Positions 45,266 to 56,117 of a stretch of 64,000 nt of DNA are shown one piece after another. Within the stretch, counting starts at the first letter, position 1, and every line of letters begins with the position of its first letter. A program made the translations under genes and the position numbers. The notes under the pieces were generated by a model. That model ran no database searches. It worked only from the letters and a program-made list of their open reading frames with translations, and was not told the origin of the DNA. The DNA lies in the sequence record NC_061446.1, one strand, 5' to 3'.

Positions 45266-46234
45266 ATGAACGAACAATTCGAATCAATCCCTGCTGATAA
45301 AACCTGTCTGCCATTCTATTCTTCCGTTGCACTGAACACTTACTTCAACGACCGTATCAAGCGTCTCAGTCTGACTAAGGTGTGGGCATACGTTGAGCGT
45401 AACAACTGCCCTGCTTTTGGTGATGATCAGATAATGGAAGCTCTGCACTATCACTCAACGGTGCATATGAAGCATGTAACTGCTCTCGCTCTTTGGTTGC
45501 TTGACTGCGAAGCCGTTCATGATTGGCAGTACAGCAACGGCGCAGTACCGTTAGCTATCGCCTGTATGTTCCACGACATGAACCATTCGCTTGGTCAGAA
45601 AGATGATGCGTACAATGTTCAGCAAGCTATTGCTGCTCTGGAGAAAGCTGCGCACCACGAACTGGCCGACGCCGTGCTGATTGATAACTGCGACATTGCC
45701 TCTGACCTGATTCGTGTTACGCAATTCCCGTACTCGGATGATCGCAAGCCGAAGAACATGATTGAACGTTGCATTCGTGACGCGGACATTCTTTACGGTA
45801 TGCAGCCGTTCGTTATCGACTACGTTATGTATGGTCTGCGTGACGAAGTGAATAGCAATCCTGACATGCCCTATACCTTCACGCAGAAAGAATGGGCTGC
45901 CGGCCGTGTCAACTTCCTGCGTAGCGTTGAGATGTTTACGCAGACCGGCAAAGACGCGATGGACTGGTTGCTTGACAAAGAAAACGATCACAACCATCAG
46001 GCGAAGATTGAAAGCTGGATGACCGACAGTATTGATTTTGTCGTCACCAGTGCGCGACACGTCAAAGCGAACGATGTTCTGTTTATCGACACGCCCGAAG
46101 ATACGTTGAAAGCTCGTCGCTTGGTCGAGCGTATCACAGACATGGGTGTGGGCTTCAACGTCTATTTCAATGACGGCACTTCGGTTCATCTGCGTAACGG
46201 CGAGCACTGCATTCGCGTTGAAAGACGCAAATAA
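45266..46234 (+). CDS. HD-domain metal-dependent phosphohydrolase
   Basis: HYHSTVH..HV, MFHDMNH and RDADIL motifs. Confidence 0.85.
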   Translation: MNEQFESIPADKTCLPFYSSVALNTYFNDRIKRLSLTKVWAYVERNNCPAFGDDQIMEALHYHSTVHMKHVTALALWLLDCEAVHDWQYSNGAVPLAIACMFHDMNHSLGQKDDAYNVQQAIAALEKAAHHELADAVLIDNCDIASDLIRVTQFPYSDDRKPKNMIERCIRDADILYGMQPFVIDYVMYGLRDEVNSNPDMPYTFTQKEWAAGRVNFLRSVEMFTQTGKDAMDWLLDKENDHNHQAKIESWMTDSIDFVVTSARHVKANDVLFIDTPEDTLKARRLVERITDMGVGFNVYFNDGTSVHLRNGEHCIRVERRK

Positions 46235-46279
46235 TCGGCTGAAATAACCATGCTGTCTAAAGTGCGCCTATGCTACAAT
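46229..46279 (+). promoter_or_regulatory. early-type sigma70 promoter with conserved upstream box
   Basis: AAATAATCGGCTGAAA-N6-TGCTGT-N17-TACAAT (TGn). Confidence 0.7.
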
Positions 46280-46311
46280 ATGCGTAGACGCACTAACAAA
46301 GAGAAAACGAT

Positions 46312-47016
46312 ATGAAGCCATTAAAACGAATCCCTTTGAGTTCCGATACAAATCTGTTTGCTATTAACGCCATAGTCCACATGACTGCATTTCTATATTT
46401 GGACGTTACTGTGCATTCCGAACATTTCGGAGACAGAGAAATAATGCTGCCAGTTCGGGTCAATCACAATGTGTCACCTCATGAGCGTCTGGCGGGTGTA
46501 CAGTATGCCGCTTATATACCTGTGTTGGCGTGTCATCCGATATCCGACACCGAGTTTCATACAGAGCTTGGTTACACGGAGGTGAATGTCAAACACTTAT
46601 CCATGGACTATACCAAATGCAGTCACTGGGCATACATCGGCCTTTTGCCTGACGTAGCTGAGTCTGATATGCGGGACAAGCGTTACGTCGCACCTCTGCG
46701 CGTATATACAGTCCCGCATGAAAAGGGTATGCCTGATATATACAAACGGCACATTGCTCGCGGTGCAGCGATACGTCCTGACTATCTGCGCACTTCGGCC
46801 CTGGACAATATTGACAATGAAACCTGGGAACAACTGCGGGTCCGTCCAGATCGCGGTACCTCGTGGTCGGACTTCTTGGACGCAATAACTAACGGACGCC
46901 TGACTCCTAAAGACAATCTATCCGAATGTCTTGAAAGCATAGATCAGGAGTTCATGCCGGAGAGTGTAGTTAAACGTCTGCGTCAGGCTCAGATTCAAAG
47001 ACGCATGAGAGGTTAA
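46312..47016 (+). CDS. hypothetical protein
   Basis: 234-aa ORF. Confidence 0.75.
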   Translation: MKPLKRIPLSSDTNLFAINAIVHMTAFLYLDVTVHSEHFGDREIMLPVRVNHNVSPHERLAGVQYAAYIPVLACHPISDTEFHTELGYTEVNVKHLSMDYTKCSHWAYIGLLPDVAESDMRDKRYVAPLRVYTVPHEKGMPDIYKRHIARGAAIRPDYLRTSALDNIDNETWEQLRVRPDRGTSWSDFLDAITNGRLTPKDNLSECLESIDQEFMPESVVKRLRQAQIQRRMRG

Positions 47017-47018
47017 TC

Positions 47019-47249
47019 ATGATGCACGATATATACAAGGTGAGTGCTGTCCTGTTTTACCTGCTTGGCGCTATGGCTTTCCTTGCACATATCGTCGGCT
47101 TCGTGAAGAACTGGATGAAGATAAAAGAGATGCGGCAGAAAGCTAAGGCGAAGATCGATAAAGTGAAAACGCCGCACGAACTCATTAAACGCCGTTTGCG
47201 TAAAGCAGAAGAACGCGCACGGTATCGCCCACGTAAACTGAGAGACTGA
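47019..47249 (+). CDS. single-TM protein with basic tail
   Basis: GAGG SD, one hydrophobic helix. Confidence 0.7.
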   Translation: MMHDIYKVSAVLFYLLGAMAFLAHIVGFVKNWMKIKEMRQKAKAKIDKVKTPHELIKRRLRKAEERARYRPRKLRD

Positions 47250-47251
47250 CA

Positions 47252-47560
47252 ATGCCTACTATTACTCGTAACGACACACTGGAAAAGAAAGTACAACGCG
47301 CACTGGAAATCTGCTGGAACGAAACAGCAAAGAACAATTCGGGGCCGACGACTTATGCTTTTCTCGCTTCTTCATTTGCTGCTGATGGTCGCAGCCTGTT
47401 CGAAAATGAATTGAAGATGATCGGCGTCATGCTACGTGACGGTCTTAACATCAACCTGTATGGTCGCTATGCAGCAACTACCTACACAAGCAACAAGGGA
47501 ATCATGATCGCATTCCAGCCTGTTGCTGACCTCGAAGATATTGTGGAGATGACTCTATAA
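47252..47560 (+). CDS. hypothetical protein
   Basis: 102-aa ORF. Confidence 0.7.
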   Translation: MPTITRNDTLEKKVQRALEICWNETAKNNSGPTTYAFLASSFAADGRSLFENELKMIGVMLRDGLNINLYGRYAATTYTSNKGIMIAFQPVADLEDIVEMTL

Positions 47561-48108
47561 TGAAACAGATTGATTTGTTTGCGTGGCCCGACTGTGGCCG
47601 TACAATGTATGAAGCGTACACGCTGCTGGAGCCTGAGATTCGAACGCCTGACTTCGCAGCACGCCAGATGCGCTACACACATGCGGCGTTTGGCAATAGC
47701 GGCGCAATTGGCGGCGCACTCTTTCCGCAGAAGCTGAACAAGAAGATTGTCAGCCTGCACGAATTTATCATCGGACCGAGTCCTGCGTTTCAGCGTGAGA
47801 TAACTGCTGGCTCTGGTGATGTGGCAAACATGATGGACCCTCAGTATCTGTACAACCTGTATCTGCATACAGAGACCGTTGCAATTCGTGTGTCTGAGTT
47901 CTACAACTTCACCGAGCAGGGCCCGCTGTCTGCATTACACCTGTTCACTGTAGCGACGGTCTATGAGATGCGCCTGATAGTTTACTTTGCCGATGACGGC
48001 ATCGAAACAGATCGTGGCCGTGAAGATTGGTTGCAGAGTATTCGCGGCTATTTCTCTAACCGCAGTAAGTTCCGCATCAAAGCAGAAAAAACTTTATTCA
48101 CTAAATAA
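47560..48108 (+). CDS. hypothetical protein
   Basis: TAATG coupling, GGAG SD. Confidence 0.75.
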   Translation: MKQIDLFAWPDCGRTMYEAYTLLEPEIRTPDFAARQMRYTHAAFGNSGAIGGALFPQKLNKKIVSLHEFIIGPSPAFQREITAGSGDVANMMDPQYLYNLYLHTETVAIRVSEFYNFTEQGPLSALHLFTVATVYEMRLIVYFADDGIETDRGREDWLQSIRGYFSNRSKFRIKAEKTLFTK

Positions 48109-48144
48109 CCGCAGCGCTTACGGGCGTCGCACAGGAGAAACATT

Positions 48145-49410
48145 ATGTCATTCGATATGCGCCAGAACGTACTCATGGTTCGCTCTTTGATCAACGGCCA
48201 ACCGTTCTATTATTTCTACAACGCAGAGGGCTTGGAGTTCAGCCTGTCTGGTTACCAGCTCAAAGAGATTTACGCCTGCCACTTCGAGGGTCGTATGTCT
48301 GCTGTCACTACTTACTGGGGCTTCACAAACAAACCGAACTATGAATCTTTCGAGTTTGCGGATAACGGTGACTTGCTGTGGCATGTTTCTCTGAATGCTG
48401 TGTGCCACACGTATCTGCCTCTTGAGATGGTTATCGGTCATGAAGGCTTCAACGTGATTAACGGATTCATGATCGAAGATCACAAACGCATGGTGATGAA
48501 GATTCATCAAAAGGCAGTGGGTCGTAGCGTTGAAAAACTTACATGGTTCCATGATATGTCCGAAGAGCGTATGCGTGAAATGCTGAATGCTCTTGGTCAC
48601 GGTCCGATGCGTATTGAACGTGCTGATCGTGAAGAACTGATTAGGATTCATCGGGACTGGCAGCGTAAGCACGACGAAGAATTTAAATACACGCACAACG
48701 CCTGTGGTATTGACCCGGATGACAAACTCCCTGCTGACCTGTACGACGATCACGGCAAGTGGTTGCGCCAGCGACACATGGCAAAAGGCAAAACGCTTGA
48801 GATGATGGCCAGCGAACTTGCGAACATCGTCCGCATCTTTGATCTGTACATCGGCGATGATGACTTCGACCACATGAATCCTGATTGGGACGAAGGTCTG
48901 CGTCGTGTTGCCCAAGCATTCATCTACGGACCTAATGCCAAAGAGCGTTTCGATGAAGTGAAGTATAATCCGCAGTTCGTTATCAATGGTATCTATGCGT
49001 TGGCGAAAGACTTGAACTGGATTCATGTTAACGAAGAAACTCAGGACTATAAAGAGTCGTTGATTCGTCGCCTGATGCAAGAACTGAAAAACGAAGTTGA
49101 ACGTCCTGATGGTGTGTTCGTTCTTGAAGAAGGAAAAGTCTATTTGAAAGCCGTGTCCGCCACTGCCGATGATGTGGATGACGAAGAGGACGAAGAAGAG
49201 GACGATGATTCTTCCGCTCGCGCAGAAGTGCGTACCTACCTCGAAGGTCTCAGTGAAGAAAAGCTGCGTACAGTGGCAATCGATCACAAGCTGGCCAAGA
49301 AAATGAAGATAGCTAAAATGGCCAAGAGCGAGCTTGTGGATGTGTGTGCTGACTATTTTGGCTCAGACTTTCCTGAGGACGAAGAAGAGGAAGAAGAAGA
49401 ACACGAATAG
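48145..49410 (+). CDS. hypothetical protein with acidic linker and C-terminal HeH-like module
   Basis: AGGAG SD. YLEGLSEEKLRTVAIDHKL..KMAKSELVDVCADYFG. Confidence 0.85.
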   Translation: MSFDMRQNVLMVRSLINGQPFYYFYNAEGLEFSLSGYQLKEIYACHFEGRMSAVTTYWGFTNKPNYESFEFADNGDLLWHVSLNAVCHTYLPLEMVIGHEGFNVINGFMIEDHKRMVMKIHQKAVGRSVEKLTWFHDMSEERMREMLNALGHGPMRIERADREELIRIHRDWQRKHDEEFKYTHNACGIDPDDKLPADLYDDHGKWLRQRHMAKGKTLEMMASELANIVRIFDLYIGDDDFDHMNPDWDEGLRRVAQAFIYGPNAKERFDEVKYNPQFVINGIYALAKDLNWIHVNEETQDYKESLIRRLMQELKNEVERPDGVFVLEEGKVYLKAVSATADDVDDEEDEEEDDDSSARAEVRTYLEGLSEEKLRTVAIDHKLAKKMKIAKMAKSELVDVCADYFGSDFPEDEEEEEEEHE

Positions 49411-49479
49411 ACTGAAAGAACTAATTAAACACGCAACACGTTAATCGTCCAACCATACCTAACATTGTAGGGAACAAAA

Positions 49480-49902
49480 ATGAAATTCGAACAAAACATT
49501 CTGGTAGTAAACCGCATCGGCCTTATCATGAACGACGAGCTTGTTCAGAAGTGGGGAGATGCAGCAAACGCTGATCGTAACGCTGCTGCTTATGCGACTG
49601 CAATCATTCTCGCTAAACTCCAGCAGCGCGTGTCCGTCGCTCTGCATACCGAGAATCCTGAGGCGTGTGCTCGTCCTGAGTTGCTTTGGACAGACTATGG
49701 CTCTATCTCGGTGAGCGGCCTGTTTATCATCGCCTCTACTTCGGATAAAGAGGTGCTCAATCACTACGAAGACCACGACTATCTTAACCATCTGCACACA
49801 ATCAAGCGTGTTGCCGAAGAGAACGGGTTCAAGTTAACGGTCGTTCCAGTGAAAGCAAACTTCCCGTTCTCTAACACCGAAATCCCGGCCAGTATGAAGT
49901 GA
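49480..49902 (+). CDS. hypothetical protein
   Basis: AGGGA SD. Confidence 0.75.
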   Translation: MKFEQNILVVNRIGLIMNDELVQKWGDAANADRNAAAYATAIILAKLQQRVSVALHTENPEACARPELLWTDYGSISVSGLFIIASTSDKEVLNHYEDHDYLNHLHTIKRVAEENGFKLTVVPVKANFPFSNTEIPASMK

Positions 49903-49910
49903 GGTGATCT

Positions 49911-50210
49911 ATGAAGCGTGAACACATTCCGATGATCGATGCCGCTATCGTTTTAACGATGGAAGAAAGTCGTAGCTTTATGGGTCAACGCCCGGACGGC
50001 TTTGTCTATCTGCCGAGCAAGGAAGCACTGGAGAAGTTCGAAGCGCATATTCAGAAGCACCGAAGCTACGACAGCTACAGCACTATCTTGCACCGCGAGC
50101 TTCACGCTATCAGCGCTGAGGGCATTGAGGCGCTTGTTGCTGATATTGAGCGAGACGTAGACAAGCCGTGGATGTGGTCAGACGTAGACTACCGCATCAA
50201 GCTGTGGTAA
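49911..50210 (+). CDS. hypothetical protein
   Basis: GAGGTG SD. Confidence 0.75.
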   Translation: MKREHIPMIDAAIVLTMEESRSFMGQRPDGFVYLPSKEALEKFEAHIQKHRSYDSYSTILHRELHAISAEGIEALVADIERDVDKPWMWSDVDYRIKLW

Positions 50211-50212
50211 GC

Positions 50213-50263
50213 AAATAACTGGTCAAAATGACGGTAGTATCTGAAACCGCATTGTGATATACT
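50213..50263 (+). promoter_or_regulatory. early-type sigma70 promoter with conserved upstream box
   Basis: AAATAACTGGTCAAAA-N6-TAGTAT-N17-TATACT (TGn). Confidence 0.8.
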
Positions 50264-50315
50264 AGAAGCGTAGCGAATGCTGCGCTTTTTAACTTATGTC
50301 TGAGGAGACAATCAA

Positions 50316-50780
50316 ATGCTGCAAGAAACTCAAGCCACCCTGTCCGATATCGAACTGCAAGACCGCATGGTAGATGCTGCCGCTCAGAAACTTATCGAAC
50401 TGAAACCTGAGTGGGTTGACGTTTGCGCTGCGGCACTTCGCTTATACCTGACCGTGTGTGAACAACTCGGCGGTGAAATTCCTGAACTGCGTTTCGTTCA
50501 TAACAGCCGTCCAACTCGTTTGCAGTTCCGTCTGGCGGAGAGTGTTGAAGGTGAGGAGTTTGTTGCCAACGAAATCAACAAAGAACACCAGATGGCTATG
50601 GCCGAAGCAATTCTCGATGTTGCCGAAGCAAACGAAGACGGCCACTCGCTGATGGATTTAGCTATCGCCTCTGGTCGCCTGTTCATGATCGGCTATGACG
50701 GGCTTGCAGGTACGCTTGATAAGATTTGCTTCCGTAGTCATAAAAAGAACTACACCATGAATCTGGTCAAAGGGGCTTAA
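50316..50780 (+). CDS. hypothetical protein with internal domain duplication
   Basis: GAGGAG SD, two similar halves of about 70 aa. Confidence 0.8.
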   Translation: MLQETQATLSDIELQDRMVDAAAQKLIELKPEWVDVCAAALRLYLTVCEQLGGEIPELRFVHNSRPTRLQFRLAESVEGEEFVANEINKEHQMAMAEAILDVAEANEDGHSLMDLAIASGRLFMIGYDGLAGTLDKICFRSHKKNYTMNLVKGA

Positions 50781-50781
50781 C

Positions 50782-51441
50782 ATGAAACCTGACTACACTC
50801 TGCTGAAACGTAGTAAGATGCACGAAGATGTTTTTGCTTTCGTGTTCGACGGCGAATTGCTTACTCAATTCAAAACTGTCCAGTTGTATAAAGCTCTGGC
50901 CGAAACGCTTAAAGCAAACTGCATCAATGAAGTCGATATTCTGTGGCGCGACGGCACTCGTACGGTTCAACAACTGGTTGTTCATCACACCCGAGAGTTC
51001 GTACAGTTCGACACAATCGTTCATGATTATAGCGTGTGCTTAATGCTTCGCGCTCAAGGCGTTGGCCACTCGCTTGCTGTACCTGTCGATGTTCGTTCTA
51101 TGTATGATGCTGATGGTCCGATGATCAGTGAGATTCGCATTGATTGTGACACTGCTGCCGATCTTATGCGTCATATTAAAGTCACGCCGTACATCGACCC
51201 GGACGATATAGATGAAGACGCCGACTGGGATGACGATCTTGATCAGACCGAGTTCCATGACATAGAAACAGAATCTATCGCCGATAGCAAATTGCAGATA
51301 GGTGATTGGGGTTATCGCGCACACGATTGGGCGGTTACTCTGGCTGACGAACAGGTAGACCGCATTCACTTCCTAGAAGTTGGCGTCGATTCCGATATTG
51401 AACTTCCTCGTGCGGCTGACGCGAAGGACGAATTTTTCTAA
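50782..51441 (+). CDS. hypothetical protein
   Basis: AGGGG SD. Confidence 0.8.
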   Translation: MKPDYTLLKRSKMHEDVFAFVFDGELLTQFKTVQLYKALAETLKANCINEVDILWRDGTRTVQQLVVHHTREFVQFDTIVHDYSVCLMLRAQGVGHSLAVPVDVRSMYDADGPMISEIRIDCDTAADLMRHIKVTPYIDPDDIDEDADWDDDLDQTEFHDIETESIADSKLQIGDWGYRAHDWAVTLADEQVDRIHFLEVGVDSDIELPRAADAKDEFF

Positions 51442-51632
51442 TGAAAAGCACAAACGATTTGGTCAAAGAGTTACGCAGACACGGCCAGCTTACTATTGAC
51501 GAGCGCGAGAAGCACTTGCTGCCAGATTTAACGTTCACGCTTGATTGCATGTGTATAACGTACAAGAAGCGGGAAGTAGAGACTACCAAGCGTGGTCGTG
51601 TCATAACAATAAAGTTGACCAACGTTCATTAA
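51441..51632 (+). CDS. small basic hypothetical protein
   Basis: TAATG coupling, 63 aa. Confidence 0.65.
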   Translation: MKSTNDLVKELRRHGQLTIDEREKHLLPDLTFTLDCMCITYKKREVETTKRGRVITIKLTNVH

Positions 51633-51777
51633 CAATCCAGAGTTTGGCTCGCCCGTCCAGAAATGCTCAATTCCCCAAGTGAGGTGTCTCGCGCAGAGGC
51701 ATGACGGTGCGGGTCCTTTTTGAAGCGTACCGATCAAGTGTGTTTCACAAAGAACCCAAAACAAACAGGAGGCTGTT

Positions 51778-52176
51778 ATGAAATTTTTAGAAACGCGTAA
51801 AGAGACTCAGGTCGTTCTTATGGCAGGTGCTCTGGCTGGTGTGATTGAGGCGTTCGGTCGTGATGACGAAGACGAAGGTAAGAAGTTGATTGTAACGGCT
51901 CTGCATCAGGTAGGTCTGACATTCGACGAGTTTCGTAAAATGATGACCGAAGTCTCACCTGAGGTAGAAGCGGAGATCAACGCTGTGACCGACGCTGTTA
52001 TTGATTCGGACATTGACTTTGATGACCCTCAGCCTGTATGTTGCTCTGAATGCGATTCGCCAGTAGGCGATTGTGACTGTGAGCAGGAAGACGAAGACCT
52101 CGACACAATGGAAGAACGTCCAGGCAATCGCAATGAAGACGGGCAGACTGACGAAAATGGCTGGAGCAAAGAATGA
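51778..52176 (+). CDS. acidic protein with Cys cluster
   Basis: AGGAGG SD. CCSEC...CDC. Confidence 0.8.
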   Translation: MKFLETRKETQVVLMAGALAGVIEAFGRDDEDEGKKLIVTALHQVGLTFDEFRKMMTEVSPEVEAEINAVTDAVIDSDIDFDDPQPVCCSECDSPVGDCDCEQEDEDLDTMEERPGNRNEDGQTDENGWSKE

Positions 52177-52385
52177 GCCGACGCCCAACGCAAGATGAAG
52201 TAGACGGCCAGATAGCTGCCTCAGAAGAACAACGCTATAGCGAGCGTGAGGCACAATACGCTGATTGGTCAGATGACGATTTGCGTAATGCACTGCTGGA
52301 GAACGGTCTAGTCTTTGATGACGATGACTTAGACGACTACAGCCGACAAGACTGTCTCAGACTGCTTCTGGGCAGTGGCTACTAA
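52173..52385 (+). CDS. small acidic protein with HeH-like module
   Basis: YADWSDDDLRNALLENGL...YSRQDCLRLLL. ATGA overlap. Confidence 0.7.
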   Translation: MSRRPTQDEVDGQIAASEEQRYSEREAQYADWSDDDLRNALLENGLVFDDDDLDDYSRQDCLRLLLGSGY

Positions 52386-52387
52386 GC

Positions 52388-52438
52388 ATAAAACTGGACA
52401 AAATGACGGTTGTGTCGAAACAGCGTCCGTGATAGAAT
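52388..52438 (+). promoter_or_regulatory. early-type sigma70 promoter driving a non-coding region
   Basis: ATAAAACTGGACAAAA-N6-TTGTGT-N17-TAGAAT (TGn). Confidence 0.75.
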
Positions 52439-52442
52439 ATAG

Positions 52443-52590
52443 ATGTAGGGCGCATATCGTGAGGAGTGCGCTCTATATGCGAATGACGCGATTCGCAGTA
52501 CGAGAGAAGTTTTTGACCGTGTGTTTTCGTTTTTCCCGGACACACGGTCCTTTTTCAAGTGCCTTCGAAGTTTGAGGGTGCTTGCGAAAG
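52443..52590 (+). ncRNA. candidate structured small RNA
   Basis: Own promoter, no SD-led ORF. Hairpins at 52446-52475, 52478-52497, 52515-52549 (then CTTTTT) and 52556-52584. Confidence 0.5.
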
Positions 52591-52634
52591 GGTTCTATAC
52601 TCTTTGAACACTGCCAGCTATCTGGGAAGTATGC

Positions 52635-52686
52635 AGAAAACTGGACAAAATCGTGGTTGTTATCTGACGGCCACCTGAGCTATACT
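52635..52686 (+). promoter_or_regulatory. early-type sigma70 promoter with conserved upstream box
   Basis: AGAAAACTGGACAAAA-N6-TTGTTA-N18-TATACT. Confidence 0.75.
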
Positions 52687-52745
52687 ATATGCAGACGCAT
52701 TGAGCGTCGCAAACAACATATCACTTATACTGAGGAGTATTAAAC

Positions 52746-54389
<1,644 letters not shown>

Positions 54390-54477
54390 GTTCGACCTGT
54401 AATACAAAACACTGATGGTAGATGCGGTTCAGACAGAGCCGCATCTCTGACAACTAAGCTGATTGAGGAATCACACT

Positions 54478-55737
54478 ATGTCAAACGCAAACAAAATCCT
54501 GTTAAACGCTCGTGTTCGTCGTCTGGACGGTACTGTAACTTTCATCAACAAAGTAAACGCGAACGGTTATAGCACCGACGCGAAGGGACCTCAGATCCCG
54601 GTCAAGCGTCTTGTAGTCGCAGGCAAAACTCTGAAAGAGATTGAGTCGCCGTTCTCGAAAGAGGAGCACGTAATCGTGCAGGGCGTATCAGTCAAACTGA
54701 ACAAGCGCCAGCAGCGTGAACTTGCTGATGGCTCGCTCGATGTTAAGTCTCTGAACCCTGACTTCGGTAAGCTGGTCTTCATCGACCCCGAAACAGGCAA
54801 AGCGACGGACGGTAAAGCCGTGAAGTCGAAAGCGAAAGATAAAGACGGTGTGAAAGCGGGTGTGAAAGCTACTCGCCAGCGCAACAAAGATATGCGCACT
54901 AAGAAAGAACGTAAGGCAGAAGTCGCTGCGTCGAATGACGAGCTGGACATGTTGCCGTCTGATAAGATTGATCGTAAAGCAGAGCTGGCCGGTATCATCG
55001 ACGCGACTGTGGCTGATGCGACAACTAAAGAACGTCGCAAGCTGTTGTCCGAAGCATTCGATATGGACTGGAAAGATGTGAAGAAGCATGGCGGTAAAGG
55101 CGTCATCAAACATCTGGGTCGCAAAGCCGCGCAGTCTGCTGTGAATAAACTGAGCGCGTGCGTAACGCAGGATGCTTTCATTAAGCAGATGCCTGTTGCG
55201 TTGAAGCGCCTGATTCAGGACGGTACGTTGACGCTTAACAAAGCGCAGATTGAGCGCGTACTAAGTGCGCTTGACCTTGACGTGAAGTTCTACAACATTG
55301 CTATGCAAACATTGCTGGGCAATCTCAAGCTGACTCTCGATCAGTCTGCTGCCGCTCCGAAAGCTGATAAGAAAGTGAAGAAGGCGAAGAAAGCAAAAGC
55401 TACTTACGCCTCGGAGAAAGAGCAAAAGCGCCGTGTTAAGAAAATGAAACACTCGCTGATCGCCCCGCCGAAGAAAATGCTGAAAGAAGCGAAGGCGCAT
55501 ATGAAAGCTGCCAAAGCGGCTATCGCACAAAAGCTGGGTATCTCTTCAAAAGAAGTTCAGCGGGGCCTGCTGGTGTATCGCGCAAACGGCGATGAACTGA
55601 TGTTTGTTGCCTGTGATATGACAGGCCCTGTGTTCATCGGTAACGATGGTGAAGTGGTGGTGATTGCCTACGCAAACGTAGAGACCGCCTTCGACTTCAC
55701 TCTGAGCAAAACTTCTGAACTGGACGCCACTGTATGA
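54478..55737 (+). CDS. K-rich paralogue of the upstream gene
   Basis: GAGGA SD before ATG 54478. Shares the N-terminal LDGT..I..A.GY domain and a C-terminal beta domain. Confidence 0.85.
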   Translation: MSNANKILLNARVRRLDGTVTFINKVNANGYSTDAKGPQIPVKRLVVAGKTLKEIESPFSKEEHVIVQGVSVKLNKRQQRELADGSLDVKSLNPDFGKLVFIDPETGKATDGKAVKSKAKDKDGVKAGVKATRQRNKDMRTKKERKAEVAASNDELDMLPSDKIDRKAELAGIIDATVADATTKERRKLLSEAFDMDWKDVKKHGGKGVIKHLGRKAAQSAVNKLSACVTQDAFIKQMPVALKRLIQDGTLTLNKAQIERVLSALDLDVKFYNIAMQTLLGNLKLTLDQSAAAPKADKKVKKAKKAKATYASEKEQKRRVKKMKHSLIAPPKKMLKEAKAHMKAAKAAIAQKLGISSKEVQRGLLVYRANGDELMFVACDMTGPVFIGNDGEVVVIAYANVETAFDFTLSKTSELDATV

Positions 55738-56117
55738 CAAACAATGAAATTCTTTTGTCAGGTATGTTTGCTCAACTGTATGCGCGGCTGATGACGGCCG
55801 CCGTACTAAAGACCTACGTGTATTACTCAGACTTGGCGCCGATTGTGTTCGGCGTTCAACTGTCGGTAATTAGCAGTGCGCAGTACGACGCTCTTTGGTC
55901 ACTGGTTAAAGAAACCATGAACGTCGATATAGCACACGGCAGGCCACCGCTTGCCGCGCTGTATGTGTCAAGGGCATCTGATAGCAAGCTGCCCGCTAAG
56001 AAGTTCTTTCGTGAGTACCACAAGCTCACGGGCAAGAATTTGTCAGAAGCTGAATGGCAAGCACTCGTCGAAAATGTGTGGGAACACTATCAACCAAATC
56101 TTCGGGGTCTTGTATGA
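55734..56117 (+). CDS. probable winged-helix-type protein
   Basis: YYSDLA....RPPLAALYV....PAKKFF pattern seen in phage and restriction-associated wHTH domains. Confidence 0.55.
   Translation: MTNNEILLSGMFAQLYARLMTAAVLKTYVYYSDLAPIVFGVQLSVISSAQYDALWSLVKETMNVDIAHGRPPLAALYVSRASDSKLPAKKFFREYHKLTGKNLSEAEWQALVENVWEHYQPNLRGLV

Noticed and set aside
52478-52497. Guanidine-II (mini-ykkC) riboswitch, suggested by a GACG-containing loop
   Set aside because: The loop is not ACGR, there is no second paired hairpin, and no transporter gene follows.
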